This document shows positions 1-13,254 of a stretch of DNA of 64,000 nucleotides, piece by piece; the first letter of the stretch is position 1, and the number at the start of each line of letters is the position of its first letter. The position numbers and the translations under genes are program-made. The DNA is from Vicugna vicugna (Eukaryota): the NCBI GenBank assembly GCA_013265495.1, contig MU058037.1:869498-933497 (forward strand), read 5' to 3'. The notes beneath the pieces are model-generated. The model worked only from the letters and a program-made list of their open reading frames with translations, was not told where the DNA came from and ran no database searches.

Positions 1-589
1 GGACACTGCCCATAATTTATGAAAAGGTAGCTTTTAAATTATTATTTTGTTTTACGGAGATTGCAAACAGCCTACTTCAGCTCCCACCATCTTCACATTT
101 TACCATTATTAAAACATTCTCTCATCTGTGACATCCTTGACTCATGTGACCCAGGGTCATTTTTCTGCTCCCTTTTTTTTTTTAAACTATCAGTTATTCT
201 GGGTGACAAAAAGAAGGTGAAAGTGGCAGATGAATTTACCCTGAAAAATAGGCAAAGCCCTTCCCCTAGAGCTGATGCCTGAAATGACTCACAAGGTGTG
301 CCCTTACCCACCCCACGTTAGTAAAGATGTCTATTCCTGATTCCTAGGCAATTTTCCCAGAAGTCATTTGAATGTGGCTTAGAGGCCCATCTATATGTTA
401 TAGAAAACTGGCAATTACACATATCAGCTGTACCAGGGACTATGAATTTTCCAAATAGTAACATCAAAAGCCTGATGTTTTTCTAGAAAGTGTATGAATC
501 CTATTTTTCCAATGCCCCAGGCCTCACCTCTTATCCATGGGAGCCATAATTTTTGAAACTACTACTTGGAATAACACCTGAGAAGTTTT

Positions 590-700
590 CAAAGTGCTTC
601 CAAATCTTACTTCATCTTCCTCACAGTCTTGACAGAGAGGAAACTAAGAATGAGAACAACTGTCTTGCCCAGGGTCACACCGGAGAGTTAAATGCAAGGA
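590..700 (-). mobile_element. MIR SINE fragment
   Basis: gacagagaggaaactaag...cttgcccagggtcacac matches the reverse complement of the MIR core. Confidence 0.55.
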
Positions 701-1025
701 CTCATTTTTTTCACAAATTCCTATTTATTTTTCAAGCCCAATTTTACATATCACCTCCTCTGTGAAGCCTCCCAGACTCCACAGGCAAACAAAGGCTCCA
801 TTCTCAGTGACCCTATAGTTCTTTATGATATGACTGTGTATTTTAGTTCTGGTAATGATGCCCTAGCTAGAAGGTGGTTTTCCAAGCCTCAGGAAAACCA
901 TGTCTTGTTCATCTTATTCTCAGTGCTTTAGCATGAGACAAAGAGCTCTATGCATGTTTAGCAGAACCCTCATTAATTCACAGATGATGACTTTTTTAAT
1001 ACAAATCCTGTAAGTATCCTTTCAC

Positions 1026-1165
1026 AGCAGTATATGGAAGCAGAAGAACACAGTGCCTAGAAGGTAAACAGGACTCAGGTTGAGTCCCAGTTCTGACACT
1101 CAGTAACTGAGTCACCTTGGATCAGCCACTTCACCTCACTGAGCCTCTGCTTCCTTACCTGCTAA
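1026..1165 (+). mobile_element. MIR SINE
   Basis: ggttgagtcccagttctgacactcagtaactgagtcaccttgg...cttcacctcactgagcctctgcttccttacctg follows the MIR core. Confidence 0.75.
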
Positions 1166-1228
1166 GGATTTCTTCTACAACCACATGGTTAAGGCTAGTT
1201 TCCAACAGTGAATATCAAAAAATCAATG

Positions 1229-1793
1229 GGAAAAGATACATGCACCCCAATGTTCACAGCAGCACTAATTTACAATAGCCAAGGCATGGAAGCAACCTAA
1301 GTGTCCACTGACAGATGGCTGGATAAAGAAGACAGGGTATACAGATACAATGGAATACTGCTCAGCCATAAAAAAGAATGAAATAATGCCATTTGCAGCA
1401 ACGCGGATGGACCTGGAGACCGTCATACTAAGTGAAGTAAGCCAGAAAGAGAAAGAAAAATGCCATGTATCACTCATATGTAGGATCTAAAAAAAATGAC
1501 ACAAATGAACTTATTTACAAAACAGAAACAGATTCATGGACATAGAAAACAAACTTCTGGTTACCAAAGGGGAAAGGGGGTGGAGGGGAATAAATTAGGA
1601 GTTTGGGATTAGCAGATGCAAACTACTATATATAAAATAGATAAACAACAAGGCCTCCTGTGTAGCACAGGGAACTGTAGTATCTTGTAACAAACCATAA
1701 TGAAAAAGAATATACGTATATGTAACTGAATCATTTTGCTGTCCACCAGAAACTAACAATATTGCCAATCAACTGTATTTCAATTTTTAAAAA
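1229..1793 (+). mobile_element. 5'-truncated L1 (end of ORF2 plus 3'UTR, cetartiodactyl type)
   Basis: aaaagatacatgcaccccaatgttcacagcagcac...gcaacctaagtgtcc...atggaatactgctcagccataaaaaagaatgaaataatgccatttgcagcaac; G-rich 3'UTR; tgtagcacagggaact motif. Confidence 0.95.
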
Positions 1794-4609
1794 GTGAACA
1801 GGAAAGAAAAGAGAGGCAAATAAAAAGAAGTGGTACAATGAGACCACTTTCTCTAGTTTCATCATGTGACAAGAACTGCAATAATTCAGAGACCCAGTGA
1901 TTACATTTCTAATTTTAATCATTCCGGGTATGACTTTCAAACTCCCACAACAGATGAAATGCTAGACTCTGGGCATGTAGTTGAATGAAAACACAATCAC
2001 TCTGGTCTGCCATGTCGCATACCAGTTGTTTTGGGGAAAGAGGGAAGATACTCCTAAATGTCCCATGATTTTTTACTACTAGAACTTCAATGGAAAAAGT
2101 TTTTTCCAGTAACAATACCTGCTCAAACTTGATTCATATTTTTTATCTTTTGTGGTAGTGCTGATTCTGCAAAATATACAGCATTTCCCACATCACAGAT
2201 AATTATACACAGCCTAGGCCCTCATCCACCTACCCCTCTACCACATGCACATGCATCACTTGATAACCATAGATCTAGACAGATTCATTTTGGCTCCAAC
2301 CCAAGATAGCTCAAATAGAGACTCCCTTTCTTGTGCTCTCCCTCTCAGAAAGGATGGATGCTGGCCATGTCTGGGCAGAATGGGAACCTGGGCAAATAAC
2401 CCACTCCTGCACATCAAGCAAGATATTAAAGAGTTTCAATATGACTGTCATTTCCTCCACTGGCAGGGAGCGATAAATGAAACATACGTTCCTATTATCT
2501 GCCCACCCTTCGGAGTGATGGATTACCTGAGTGGAAAAGGATATTGCTCCTGGGCTCCTGAGAATTATAGGTAGCTCTTCATGAATGTTAATATCAAATG
2601 GGGCCAAATTGGCACAGCAGAGGCAAGAACTATCTGGTAATTCATTCTTCCTTTATTTTGTGTTTAAAAAAAAAAGCAATGTCTTTTGCCTTCTTCCATT
2701 TTCCATATATTTTTTCCTCTAGAAAGTACGCGGTAACGTCATCATTCCTGCACTAATGGAAGTATTGGCCAAAATGTGCGGCTTAAAAGCAGGGTGATGT
2801 GTTTTGAATAGAGCTTCTGGGAGGCTGAACATTCGCACTCTGCTACAAAGGAATACAGGTAATGTTTTACCAACCAGAAGGCTGACCTCGCCTGCCACAG
2901 CGGCAAAGTTTAACAAGTAGAATCTTGCAAATAAAGCATAGGATTGTTAATACTAATAACAAGACTTTTAGTAACTAAAATGCCCTGGGAGTGGAGTGTT
3001 TGCGGAAAACAAAGATGTACCTGAAAACCCACTTTAATTCACCATTTGCAAACATTTAAAACTGATTTTCCTCCTTTTTCACCTTCATAAATATGAGTTA
3101 CTCTTTATCAAAGAAGGCTACAGAGTGCCCTGAAGTCCTCATTGCAAAGGTGCCTATACTTCAGATAGAGATGGAGAGGCGAAAAAGCATGTGAACAATC
3201 AACTTTAATGGATCTGACCCAGGACCATTCCCTGGAATTCACTAAATCCTCAATGGCAGTTTATTTTCCGGCCATTGGCCTCTTTATCTTATGAGCCCAG
3301 GCCAAAGCAATTCCCAGCATTTGGGTCACTAAGTCAAGGTTTATAGTAGGAGAAGGCAATGACACTGCTTTGGAAGAAGACTGTTAGCATTATTTTAGAG
3401 CTGAACCTTTTTAAAAAGTCTAATTTGAAAGGAGACAGAGAGGGATTTTCAAGACAAGGCCACACACTAGATCTCAATGCCTTCCGCCCACCTTGCCCCA
3501 CTCCAGTAGTCTTTAAGAACATACAGCTGTGAATTTTCAGTCATCAAAGCACTAAACACTGGCTGCTTTTTCACTGGGCAGAATACTATAAATGTTAGAC
3601 TCTGCAGGGATCATTAAGACTATAAACCAAAAGTCCACAAAAACATGTTTTCTCAGAAAATAATCCTAAACCATTTGGATCCAATTTGATTTATAAGAGA
3701 AATGAACATATTCTAAAAAGTGAATATGGGGATTTTTTTCTTGACCCTAAAGGGCTACCATTTGTTTGATATGAACTAAAATTCCCAAGATCTGTTGCAC
3801 ACAGTCCAGCCTGAGAACAATCTGTTGTGGAGTCATTTAAAATCCCTGCTCAGGGAGCACCAGGGATGCCCACAGCAGCTGAGCTGGAAGAGCGCTCAGG
3901 AAGGGGAAATAAAAACAACAGGAGTGCATTCCCGGCTGTATCAGCGGCTTCAGACGCCTTCATGTGAAAGATCAAATCGTGCCTTTGTGAATGTTTCGCT
4001 TTTCAGATTTCACCCCTCAGACTATGAGGGAGAATATGCTTTTGTTATTTGAAACAATCGATGACTTTTTCAACCTTCCAGATACGAAGAGTCAAACCAG
4101 TGTGACACTGTGGATGTCTATGGGTGTCCTCGTGAGAAGCCAGAGACGGAAGATAGAAAGTGCTGTGGCTGTCAACTGCGTTAGCAGTGGAAAGATGGGA
4201 GAAATGCACACACACACTCACCCTGAATCCAATCTATACTGTTAGTGGAGCCGCTATTTAAATAATCATTCACTGGCTGTCTTCAAGAATTGGAAGCTGC
4301 TGTTTCCATGATGAAAGATCTAATTCATAATATCAGTTCACCACATTAAATATGAAAAAATACCAGTCTAGCGCATCAGCCTAAATTAAGCTTTAGTAAA
4401 TGTTCAGACTTAGATAAATCATCACTCTTGGAACTGAAGAAAAATTCTTTAGTATCTGGTCCAGATCAAATTTGAGTTGCTTATCTTATTGTATATGCAA
4501 AGTGAGCTAGCACTCATTTCCTTAAGGAGCTCGTGATCTTTTGACATAATACAGTAGAACTTGAAACTGTATGATTTACAGAGTTTATTAAGGTTTCTCT
4601 GATGCCACA

Positions 4610-5269
4610 TTTTCGGGCATACTCGGAATCTCTCGGTACCACTGCCACCTGGTGCTTACCCTGTCTCCACCACTTCCTTGGCCCATCAACTCCTCTCCTG
4701 CCTGCGTGGTTGCCATCTGGGATCAGTCAGCTACTTGCCACAGGAATCCTGGATGCTTTGCCTTGGCCTCTGCCATGCAGCCCGTGGACCAGTCTTTTGC
4801 CTGGTGTTTCTGACCCCTCCTACCCTGAAGTAGGATGGGACACCCTCCACAGGGCATGGGATGCAGCATCCTCTTAGACTCCAAAGGATCGGGATGATAC
4901 AACCTAGAAGTGTGGGGGAGTTCACACTCTTTGGGGTAAACTAACCGGTGGGAAACAGGAGCCGGTGGGGGAGACTGGCACATAAATTCTCCCTCGATCC
5001 TCTCTTCCATGAACTGTTTGGAGGCACAGTTTATCCACACAGTTTGTGCACAACATCCACAGACATTCTAAGAGGTCACATCTGCCAAGTGATCTGCTTT
5101 GTCTCTTTGGGGCTCATAGCAAAACACTGTCACATCACCTCGCATCGCTTCCCCTCCTCCCTGCCTTACCTCCTTTATCCTCACTCTCACTGTCCTGGGT
5201 TTGTACCTCTCCAATTTAGTATCAGTACTTCAGCCTTGCCATAGGCTCTTGGGAACCTGAGCTAAGACA
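4610..5269 (+). mobile_element. ERVL-class solo LTR (LTR33-like)
   Basis: ggggtaaact...gggaaacaggagcc...ataaattctccc core; ends in gggaacctgagctaagaca, the LTR33/LTR16-type terminus. Confidence 0.75.
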
Positions 5270-5594
5270 GCTCATTAGAAATCATCCCTGCATTTGCAGA
5301 TGCATGCATTTCTCAGCCAAAGAAAGAGGCAAAGTACATTTCATACATCTTTCTGATGTTTTGAGTCCCCAAAGCAAAAAGAGTCAAGTTATTAACATGT
5401 ATTTGAAATGTGTATATTTATTTGTAATGAGAAAATAATGTCACTCCATTCAAACTCTAAAATGTCAATGAGGACCTAGATATTGACTTGTTATGCCATT
5501 GTTCCTAGGGAAGAGCATAAGGTTGATTTTGCCTGATTACTGAAATCCCACGACTACAGTAAAATTTATGTGAATTTTGGGGTTACAGAGAATG

Positions 5595-5780
5595 TGAATG
5601 GTACCTTAGCTTTGCCACCTACTTAGCTGTGAGATCTTAATCAAATTACTTAAACTCTCTGATTTTTTATTCCCTCCTCTGTCATGTGTCACTAATAATA
5701 CATACTCCATACTGTTGTAAAGCATCCAGTCCTGTGCTTAGAACCCAGAGTGCTCAGTAATTGTTAGCTATACACATTAT
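5595..5780 (+). mobile_element. MIR SINE
   Basis: tgccacctacttagctgtgagatcttaatcaaattacttaaactctctga...gtgctcagtaattgttagcta. Confidence 0.7.
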
Positions 5781-5859
5781 TACTGCAGCTTTCCAGTTAA
5801 GCAAAAAAGAAAAAGTTGGGTTTCTTACTGAACTTTTGGAAGAGCTGTGATGGACCTGA

Positions 5860-6300
5860 ATTACAAAGAGGTGTTTTGCTGACAAGTGGTAGAACGGTCA
5901 CTCAAATGAGCTTAGACAACAGAGGGGAATTGTTGACTCAGAGAACACACAGGGAGACAAGAATGGATGGAGCCTCAAACATCAGAGCTCCAGTGCTTTG
6001 GTCTGTGCCCTCTTACTCTCCATCTATCAGGCCCACTTCCTTGGCACGTCGGCTCCATTCTCTCCCATTACAGGTGCGCTTCCATGATGTCCACCAGCAT
6101 GGCCAGGCTTATCCCATGTCAGCTCAGCAACCCCAATGAAAAGAGAGCTTTTCACCAACATCTATATATCACCCCTATGGGACACTGATGGCCTCTGCTG
6201 GTTTCACAAGGTCACCCCTTGGACCAGTCACAGTTATTAAGGTGATGACATACTAGAATTGGCCAAGTCAGATCACCTGTCTGCCCTGGTGGTCAAGGGG
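5860..6300 (-). mobile_element. MaLR LTR (old MLT1 family)
   Basis: cactcaaatgagcttagacaacagaggggaattgttgactca...cccttggaccagtcac...tggccaagtcagatcacctgtctgccc resembles reverse MLT1J/K. Confidence 0.6.
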
Positions 6301-6344
6301 ACAAAATCTATTATTTAAAGAAGGGGACTGAGAAAGTTTCCTAG

Positions 6345-6375
6345 GCATACACGTGTACACACGCGCGCGCGCGCA
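6345..6375. repeat. Alternating purine-pyrimidine tract including (CG)6
   Basis: gcatacacgtgtacacacgcgcgcgcgcgca read directly. Confidence 0.95.
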
Positions 6376-6385
6376 AGCCACCACA

Positions 6386-6579
6386 CAGGGATCAGTAAAC
6401 GTTTTCTGTAGAGGGCCAAAGAGCAAACAGTTGAGTTTTTGCAGTCCACATAAGGTCCCAGTGGCATATTCTTCTTTTGTTTTTTTTTGTTTGTTTTGTT
6501 TTTACAACCCTAAATAGTTTTCTTAGCTTGCTGACTGTACAAAAACAAGCCACGAGCCATCGTTTGCCAACCACTCTGC
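6386..6579. mobile_element. MER58-family hAT-Charlie MITE
   Basis: cagggatcagtaaacgttttctgtagagggcca ... gtttgccaaccactctg terminal inverted repeat remnants. Confidence 0.8.
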
Positions 6580-7454
6580 TACAGTATAATGCAAGCAAAG
6601 TGAATATGGAGGACCATTCACTGTGGAACTGGTGATATGCTGGATATATTTATACAGGTCTAAGTGTTTGGACTTTCACAATACTACACTAGTGAGGAAG
6701 TACATGGTAGAGCCGGGGAGTAAGGAAACCATTTCTATCCAGCAGTCAACAAATATTTTCTGAGCACATACCACTGAAATTCTAAAGCTCACAGCACACT
6801 CATAAATTGAGCATTGCATTTTAAAGACCCCAAGTTACCAATATTTTGTGTATCATTATGTAATTAGAAGGAGAGGAACAGAATAGATATTCTAGAACTT
6901 TAAAGGAGGCAACAGAAAGAACAAAAGAACAAAGGGAGAACCTTTGTACCAGTGTCTACCCTTCTTCCCTGTAAAGTATTCTGAATACTGAATAATGGGA
7001 GCAAAGGCAAATTTAAACGTTTTCTGCCCTAATGAATTCAGTTCAAAATCTGTTTTAATATTAGGCATCTTTATGAATATTAATGCTGTTGAACATAGGT
7101 AACGAGAGAAAAGAATATTCAGCATTCCTCTCCCCACTCCACCTACTAGCTCTGTCATCACTTCTATGCCCTTTTAATGTCATTTTCTACCAGTGAGATG
7201 AAGACACTGACATGCCAATGCTATGGGTATTGCTCAAAATTAAACAAATATAGCAAAATAAGTCACTTTTTACAAGAATCCACACCACTTAGTTCCATTT
7301 CTGAAGATTTACTTTTTAACATTAGACCAGCAATTCTGAAGGCAGAAGCCTGGGAACTTGCATGGAAAAATTAGATCTTTATTTTCACTAATCACTAACT
7401 GAAATTTAGCATTCCTTCGAGTTTTAAACATAGCCAACAGACCACAGTAGTATG

Positions 7455-7810
7455 AGCAGTACCTGTGATTTTGTCACAAAATCACAGATATTTTCATATC
7501 ACATCTTCTATGTGTTATATTTTCATCTTCCATCTTACATTAAAGATGTTGCAGATCTCCAAATATCGCCTCTGCTCACCACTACTTCAAAATTACAGTA
7601 GTTATTAACTCACCACTCGGTCAAGTTGTAAGATATGTTAATAAAAACATATTGCCATCAAATTTATTTTTTGAATATTTTTACAATGCTACTTCAAGAT
7701 AATTGATCTCCTTTGTAATTCTATGTAATTCTATGTTTTCCTGAGAGGTGTTCCACAGGCCTCAACTTCCTACAAAAGACATGATGGCATAAAAATGTTT
7801 CAAACCTGCA
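7455..7810. mobile_element. hAT-Charlie DNA transposon remnant (Charlie4-like)
   Basis: aaatcacagatattttcatatcacat...ataattgatctcctttgtaattctatg...atggcataaaaatg. Confidence 0.6.
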
Positions 7811-7829
7811 GCTTTAGACAAAGTTGACT

Positions 7830-9090
7830 TTTCCCTGCAACTTGAAAAATATTCTTGTTGTGTTTTTCTCAGATTCACGCTCTCCTGATTGTCCCTCTAT
7901 CTCACTGGCAATCTCCTCCGCTGGTTTCTCCTCTTCCTCTTGACTTCGATACTGGAGTGGTCCATGGCTCACTCCCAGGTCCCTTTCTGTATCTGAACTC
8001 TAGCTGAGAGACCTCATCCCATCCATGGCTTTCAAGATCATTGATAAGCTGATGATCCCCGATCTCCATCTTCAGCCTATTGTATCCAATCCTGACATCT
8101 CCACTTGAAGATCTGATAGGAATGTCATGCTGAAGATGGCCATAACAGAACTTTTGACCACCCCACCACTAACAAAACCTCTGCTCCCCCAGTTTCCCCA
8201 TCTCAGTAAATGGAATCATCTCCTAAACCAATTGCTCAAAACACATCTTTGATTCCTTTTTTTTCTCTCATGCTCCATATTCAATCCATCAGCAAATTTT
8301 TATCAACTCAACCTTCAAAACACATCCTCAATTTGTTGACTTCTCTCCTGCACACCTGCTACCACTCTACTTCTAGCTCCATTTATCACCTGAATTATAC
8401 TGTGGCTTCCTGTCTCATCTCCCTATCTCCACTCTTTCCCTCTAATAATTAGTTCTGTACACAGTAATAAGAATTATTTTAAAATTATGGAATATTTCTG
8501 ATACACAAACAAAAAAGGATTAATACATTTATACTTACCACTCAGGAAAATTTTTTATAATAATCAGATCATTGTCATGTCTCTGCCTAAAATGATGTAA
8601 TTGCTATCCACTGTATTTAGAATTAATTAACAACTCTTTACCATGGCTTACAAGACCCTATTGTGATCTAGTCCTTGCCCGTATCTATAACCTTCCCCTC
8701 CCCCAACAGTCAGTCACAGTGACCTCACTGCAGTTTCTCAAACCCACTGAGCTGACTCTCACCTCAGAAGCTTTGCATTAACTACTCCCTCTGCCTACAG
8801 TTCTCTTCCACCAGATCTTTGCATGGCTGGTTCTTTCTGGCCCCAGCTTAAAACCTCATGAAAAGACCTTCACTGTTCATCCAACCTAAGGAATTCACCT
8901 GCTAATCTCTATCACATCACTATTTTCTCTTCATAATTATATTTTAAATTGTTATTTTTGTTTATTCCTTGTTTGCCTATTTATTTCTATAAACACACAC
9001 GCATAAGCATGCACTCTATGAGATGTGGGATGTTGTCAGACTTGTATACTCTTAACTTCAGTACCTATTAGATGCTCAATAAATGTTTGG
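7830..9090 (+). mobile_element. L2 LINE 3' region
   Basis: ctcatcccatccatggctttcaa...tccccatctcagtaaatgg...caatccatcagcaaat...ctcaataaatgtttg (L2 terminus). Confidence 0.85.
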
Positions 9091-9180
9091 AGAAGAAAGG
9101 AAGGTGGGAGGGGAGAGAGAGAGGAAGAAAGTGAGGACAGGAAGGAGGACGAAAGGGAGGAAAGAGGAAAAGAAGGAAGG
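9090..9180. repeat. GA-rich polypurine low-complexity tract
   Basis: gagaagaaaggaaggtgggaggggagagagagaggaagaaag...ggaagg directly after the L2 tail. Confidence 0.85.
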
Positions 9181-9869
9181 AATTTAACATTTTTAAGTAC
9201 TCCATCTAAAAACCTGTCACAGAATGATTTCAAGCAGCATCTCAATAGACATTTCCAGAGATGAAATTATTCACACCACCCAGTAACTTAAAAAAAAAAG
9301 TGTCATGCTCTCATCTTAAGGAAAAGAGACAATCATAAAAGATGATGAAGGCTGAACCATCACTGGTACAGCTCAAGAGGCCTAATTGCAAAGTATGTGG
9401 CTGCCCACTCATCCTGCGACAATGCCAAGTTCACCACGAAGAGCACAATGTGGTCACTCAACCAGAGAACGGTGCACTGCCTTTCCACCCAGATGAGCTG
9501 ATCATCTCCCAGAGAAAAATCAGCATTAACAAGAAAATGTTTAACTGAGACAGAACACAGAACTAACTCCTACAGGTGAGAATCTAAGGTGATCCTCTCA
9601 AGTTTTCAATGTTAATCATTGATGGACTTGGTCACCAACCCTCAGAGTAAGGTGCTTCAGCCTACACCATCAGTTAGGCTTCCTATTCTAATTCTCCACA
9701 TGAAGAGGCCTGCTTTAGAAAGCCTGGGTGGATTCAGAAGTGCTCAGGTTGAGATGTTCTTTCTAGGTGCTCCCAGCCTGGGCCTCACATCCTGACTGGA
9801 GAAGCATCTTTCGGATACCTATTACATGCTAGTCACTGAACCACATGCTGGAGACTCAAAAGATCCTGA

Positions 9870-9958
9870 CTTCACCAATTACTCACTGTGTGTCTTAAGG
9901 AAAGAAACTTAGCACCTCTGACCTCAAATTCCTACCTGTAAAATGGGAACAATGATAG
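9870..9958 (+). mobile_element. MIR fragment
   Basis: ctgtgtgtcttaagg...cacctctgacctcaaattcctacctgtaaaatgggaacaatgata. Confidence 0.7.
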
Positions 9959-9959
9959 A

Positions 9960-10243
9960 ACTTCCAAGCTCACTTGGGTCATTGGAAGAAGTCATTTCCT
10001 TGCAGCTGTGGGACACCTTGCAGCTGGCTTCTTCAAAGCTACCAAGGAGTCTCTAGAGTAAGCTGCTAGCAAGATAGTTTATATAATGTAACCTAATCAT
10101 GGGACTGACATCCCTTCATGTTTGCCATAGTCCATTGATGAAAACAAGTTACCAATCCCAAAATCAAGGTGGGGAATAATACAAGAGTATAAACACCAGG
10201 AGACGGGGATCACGGGGGCCACCTTGAAGTCTGTCCACCACAG
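9960..10243 (-). mobile_element. MaLR LTR (MLT1 family) fragment
   Basis: ends ggggccaccttgaagtctgtccaccaca, the reverse of the MLT1 5' terminus tgtgg..; internal tttccttgcagctgtggg. Confidence 0.75.
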
Positions 10244-11284
10244 TTAGGGATAAAGCCAAGCATTTCCAACAGAGTATGAGAAATGCTCTAATGGTCAATT
10301 ACAGAATGCTGCGCACAGAACTTTCACTGGGTAAGTCGTGATGGTGGTAGTGGTTCAAGACTTACTGGAGGAAGAACCATAAGCTGAGACAAGGAGGACA
10401 TGTCCGAGTTTGCCATGTAGGTACTGGGAAGGGTATGCGTTCCTGACAGAGAGCCCGATGGAATGAAAACACTATAAATAAAAATTAATGCATATGACCA
10501 ACCACGTTTCATTTTATTTTGTATTCTATGAACTGCTAACATGTTACCAGGTGAAAGTTCTCCATCATGGGCACAAGGTCACACCCAGTAAGTTTAAATA
10601 CTTTCTTAAATTAATATCTAAAGGAAAAATCTTTTCAAATTTGCTCCTCACTCTTAGAGGGAAATGCTTACAGTGTTCTCAAAGAAAAGATTTCCAGTTT
10701 ATGAGTTCCCATCACTGTTTAAAATAGTGACTGACTCCTAAGATTTTAGTGCATCCTTGGCCTTGAGCAAAACCTAGCTCAGATCTCAGCTCTTTGCCAA
10801 TCTCTAAAGTAATTATCTTCTGAAAAGAAAGGCCCATGGGTGGGAAAGCACCAGCTGTTGAACGCTTAATACTACATGCCAAGTGAACGGCCAATTGCCC
10901 AAATAAAATAGGTATCTAAGCCAGGTGGGATTGTTTATTGTAATTTGCTTATTCAAATTGGAATGTAGCCAGTTAGTTTTGTAAAAGGCGCTTGCAAAAT
11001 AATAAACTGGTATTGACTGCTAGACAGTATCCTCCTCTGTGATGTCTATACTGAACCTCCACTTCAAAAAAACCCCTGAACTTTGCCCTCTGCTTAATTT
11101 CTAATGGTGCTCAGATTTCTCAGCCATATTTAACATCAACTCCAGAAAAGTCCATGAAATGGGGCTTGAGAGCAGAGCTTACTGTGATAGATTATAGTTA
11201 AAGCAAAATCTTTATTGAATTACTTTCAAAGAATAAGTTCTAGTAGGCACACTCCCTCCATGCCTAAGTGTGTCCATAAGAATG

Positions 11285-11620
11285 CCTTCTGGTATGAGAA
11301 ACAGAAGTCCTCATGTAAATGAGCTAAAGCACTAAAGAAGATTTAGAGGCTAATGTAACTGCTAAGTCCACAGATAGTGGTGGTTTCAGATACAGTTTGA
11401 TCATGCCTTCTGGCTCCACTTCCCTCCTAAACTCTAGGCAATTTTCTCAACTCTTTTAAAGGCAGATTCCCAAGAGTGACTGTGAGTAGCAATTTACATC
11501 CAAGAGGAGAGGATTCCTTCAACCACTCAGTGAAAACCCTGACCACTGAGCCAAGAAAGCCACATTCAAACCAGTCCCTGTGGCCGGGGGTCATCATTTG
11601 CTAAATGATTCAGTTGTGTG
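11285..11620 (-). mobile_element. Old MaLR LTR (MLT1J/K-like) remnant
   Basis: aacagaagtcctcatgtaaatgagctaaagc...ggctaatgtaactg...aaaccagtccctgtggccgggg. Confidence 0.5.
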
Positions 11621-12519
11621 ATTTCACAAGGCAGTGTGGTTGTATGTCTTTATCTGTGATGCCAGTGTGAGGAATCAAGTCCCCTAGCCAGTGTATGGGT
11701 CTTACAGGCTACCCAGCACCTGCAGCTCAACAGAGCTGTCTCTTCTCTAGATTGTGTTCATACTATAGACGGATTTATGAATACAGGCACGCCTGAAGGT
11801 CTACTGAGATGCACAGAGAATGTCAAGGGCCCACTCTTTGAGGTTTGATAATGTACCACAATGGAAGCACTCAGAGCTATTCCCAAGCACCCCAAATCAA
11901 AACATCAAGACATTCGGCACGCTGCAGAATTCCACTGTCTCATGCCCCATAACAAAACTTCCTTGAAAATCAATCTCATAGCAAATCTGGGACAGGGGAA
12001 ATGACCCCAGCTGCACCAGCAGCCTCTCCCTGACCAGCTTATACAATAATCTTAGGATTGTATTTCATCATGGCATTTCAAGAGTCCTTTTCAAAATACT
12101 CTTTTTGCTCCTCCAATTTTCTAGGCCTTCACATCTCTCAAGATATCAAACATGATGCTTTTAGGAGCCAACCAAGTTATACATAATGCATTTTTATGTT
12201 CCTAAATTAACAAAGTGACTTTAGATCTGTGAAGGGTGTTAAAAATTATATAAGCCATGTAAGTATTTTTATTTGTTCAAACATTTCCTTCAGGGCTTAA
12301 AAGTTTCTGACAACTTTATATTTCTAAGTAGGCCCAGCTTGTTATGTATGGGGAAAAAGGTACTCTAAAAACATGGCCATTTTTTTTTCTTAAGGGCCTC
12401 ACGGCCAGCTTTTCTTCTTTTTTTTTTTTTTTTCTAGAATGCCAACCAGTCATTTTGGGTATATCTATCCCCAAACGATAGAGTATATAGACAGCTTGCT
12501 TCTTTCTAATCAGCATTCA

Positions 12520-12970
12520 TGAGGTCGAGTGGACCATGAGATAAGGATTTGAGTGCAGGTAGTTTATTTGCAAGGTGATCCCAGAAAACACCAGAAAAGA
12601 AGGGAAGTTAGATGGGAAAAGAAAGCAACCAATTCAGGATGTGTTGTCAGGGAGCAGGTGTCTACCGTCTGCTTTTGTGGCTTAATCCTGCTGGGGACCC
12701 CTGGGAGAGAGAGTGTAGAATAAGCTTCAGTGTTATCTCATCTGAAGGGCAAGTAGCTGGGATATTTATTCTTCAAATCCTTTCCATCACTGGTGGGGGG
12801 ACTGGTCCCAAGGGGGCATTAGCTCTTGGATATTTCTGGCCTTCCCGGACAAAGGTCAAGACAAAGGCCATAAGCAGAGAGCCGCTCAGTGCCTGCAGAA
12901 GGATGCTAATAGTACACACTGGTCCTGGGAGTGCAGACAGTATGGGCGGGGCACCAGCATATCTGCAGCA
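12520..12970 (-). mobile_element. ERVL solo LTR (LTR16-like)
   Basis: gagataaggatttgagtgcaggtagtttatttg...gtgatcccagaaaacacc...atgggcggggcaccagcatatctgc; accounts for the 126-aa ORF at 12612-12992. Confidence 0.8.
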
Positions 12971-13119
12971 ATGCCTAAGGGTACAGGGTTAATATGGAGA
13001 TACTTCTTGGTACCAATCGTAAGTATCACTGGCTGTTACCTTAAAAAGGAAACATTGCATTCAAGAAATTCCTATTTCTTGAGGTTAACTGATATCATTT
13101 CACTTACATCTCAAGGCAT

Positions 13120-13235
13120 CGTTGCAGAGTGAAAAGCGCCCTGAACTGGGAATAAGCAGAGCTAGGTTCTGGCCCAGACTCTGTGGCCTCATATGCAGTG
13201 ATTCTTGACTCTGGACCTCAGTTTCTTCAACGTAA
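13120..13235 (+). mobile_element. MIR fragment
   Basis: gaaaagcgccctgaactggga...ctaggttctggcccagactctg...ctggacctcagtttcttca. Confidence 0.65.
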
Positions 13236-13254
13236 ATTGAAGCCTTAAGCTAAT

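Noticed and set aside
12612..12992. 126-aa ORF
   Set aside because: Lies almost entirely within an LTR16-like solo LTR.
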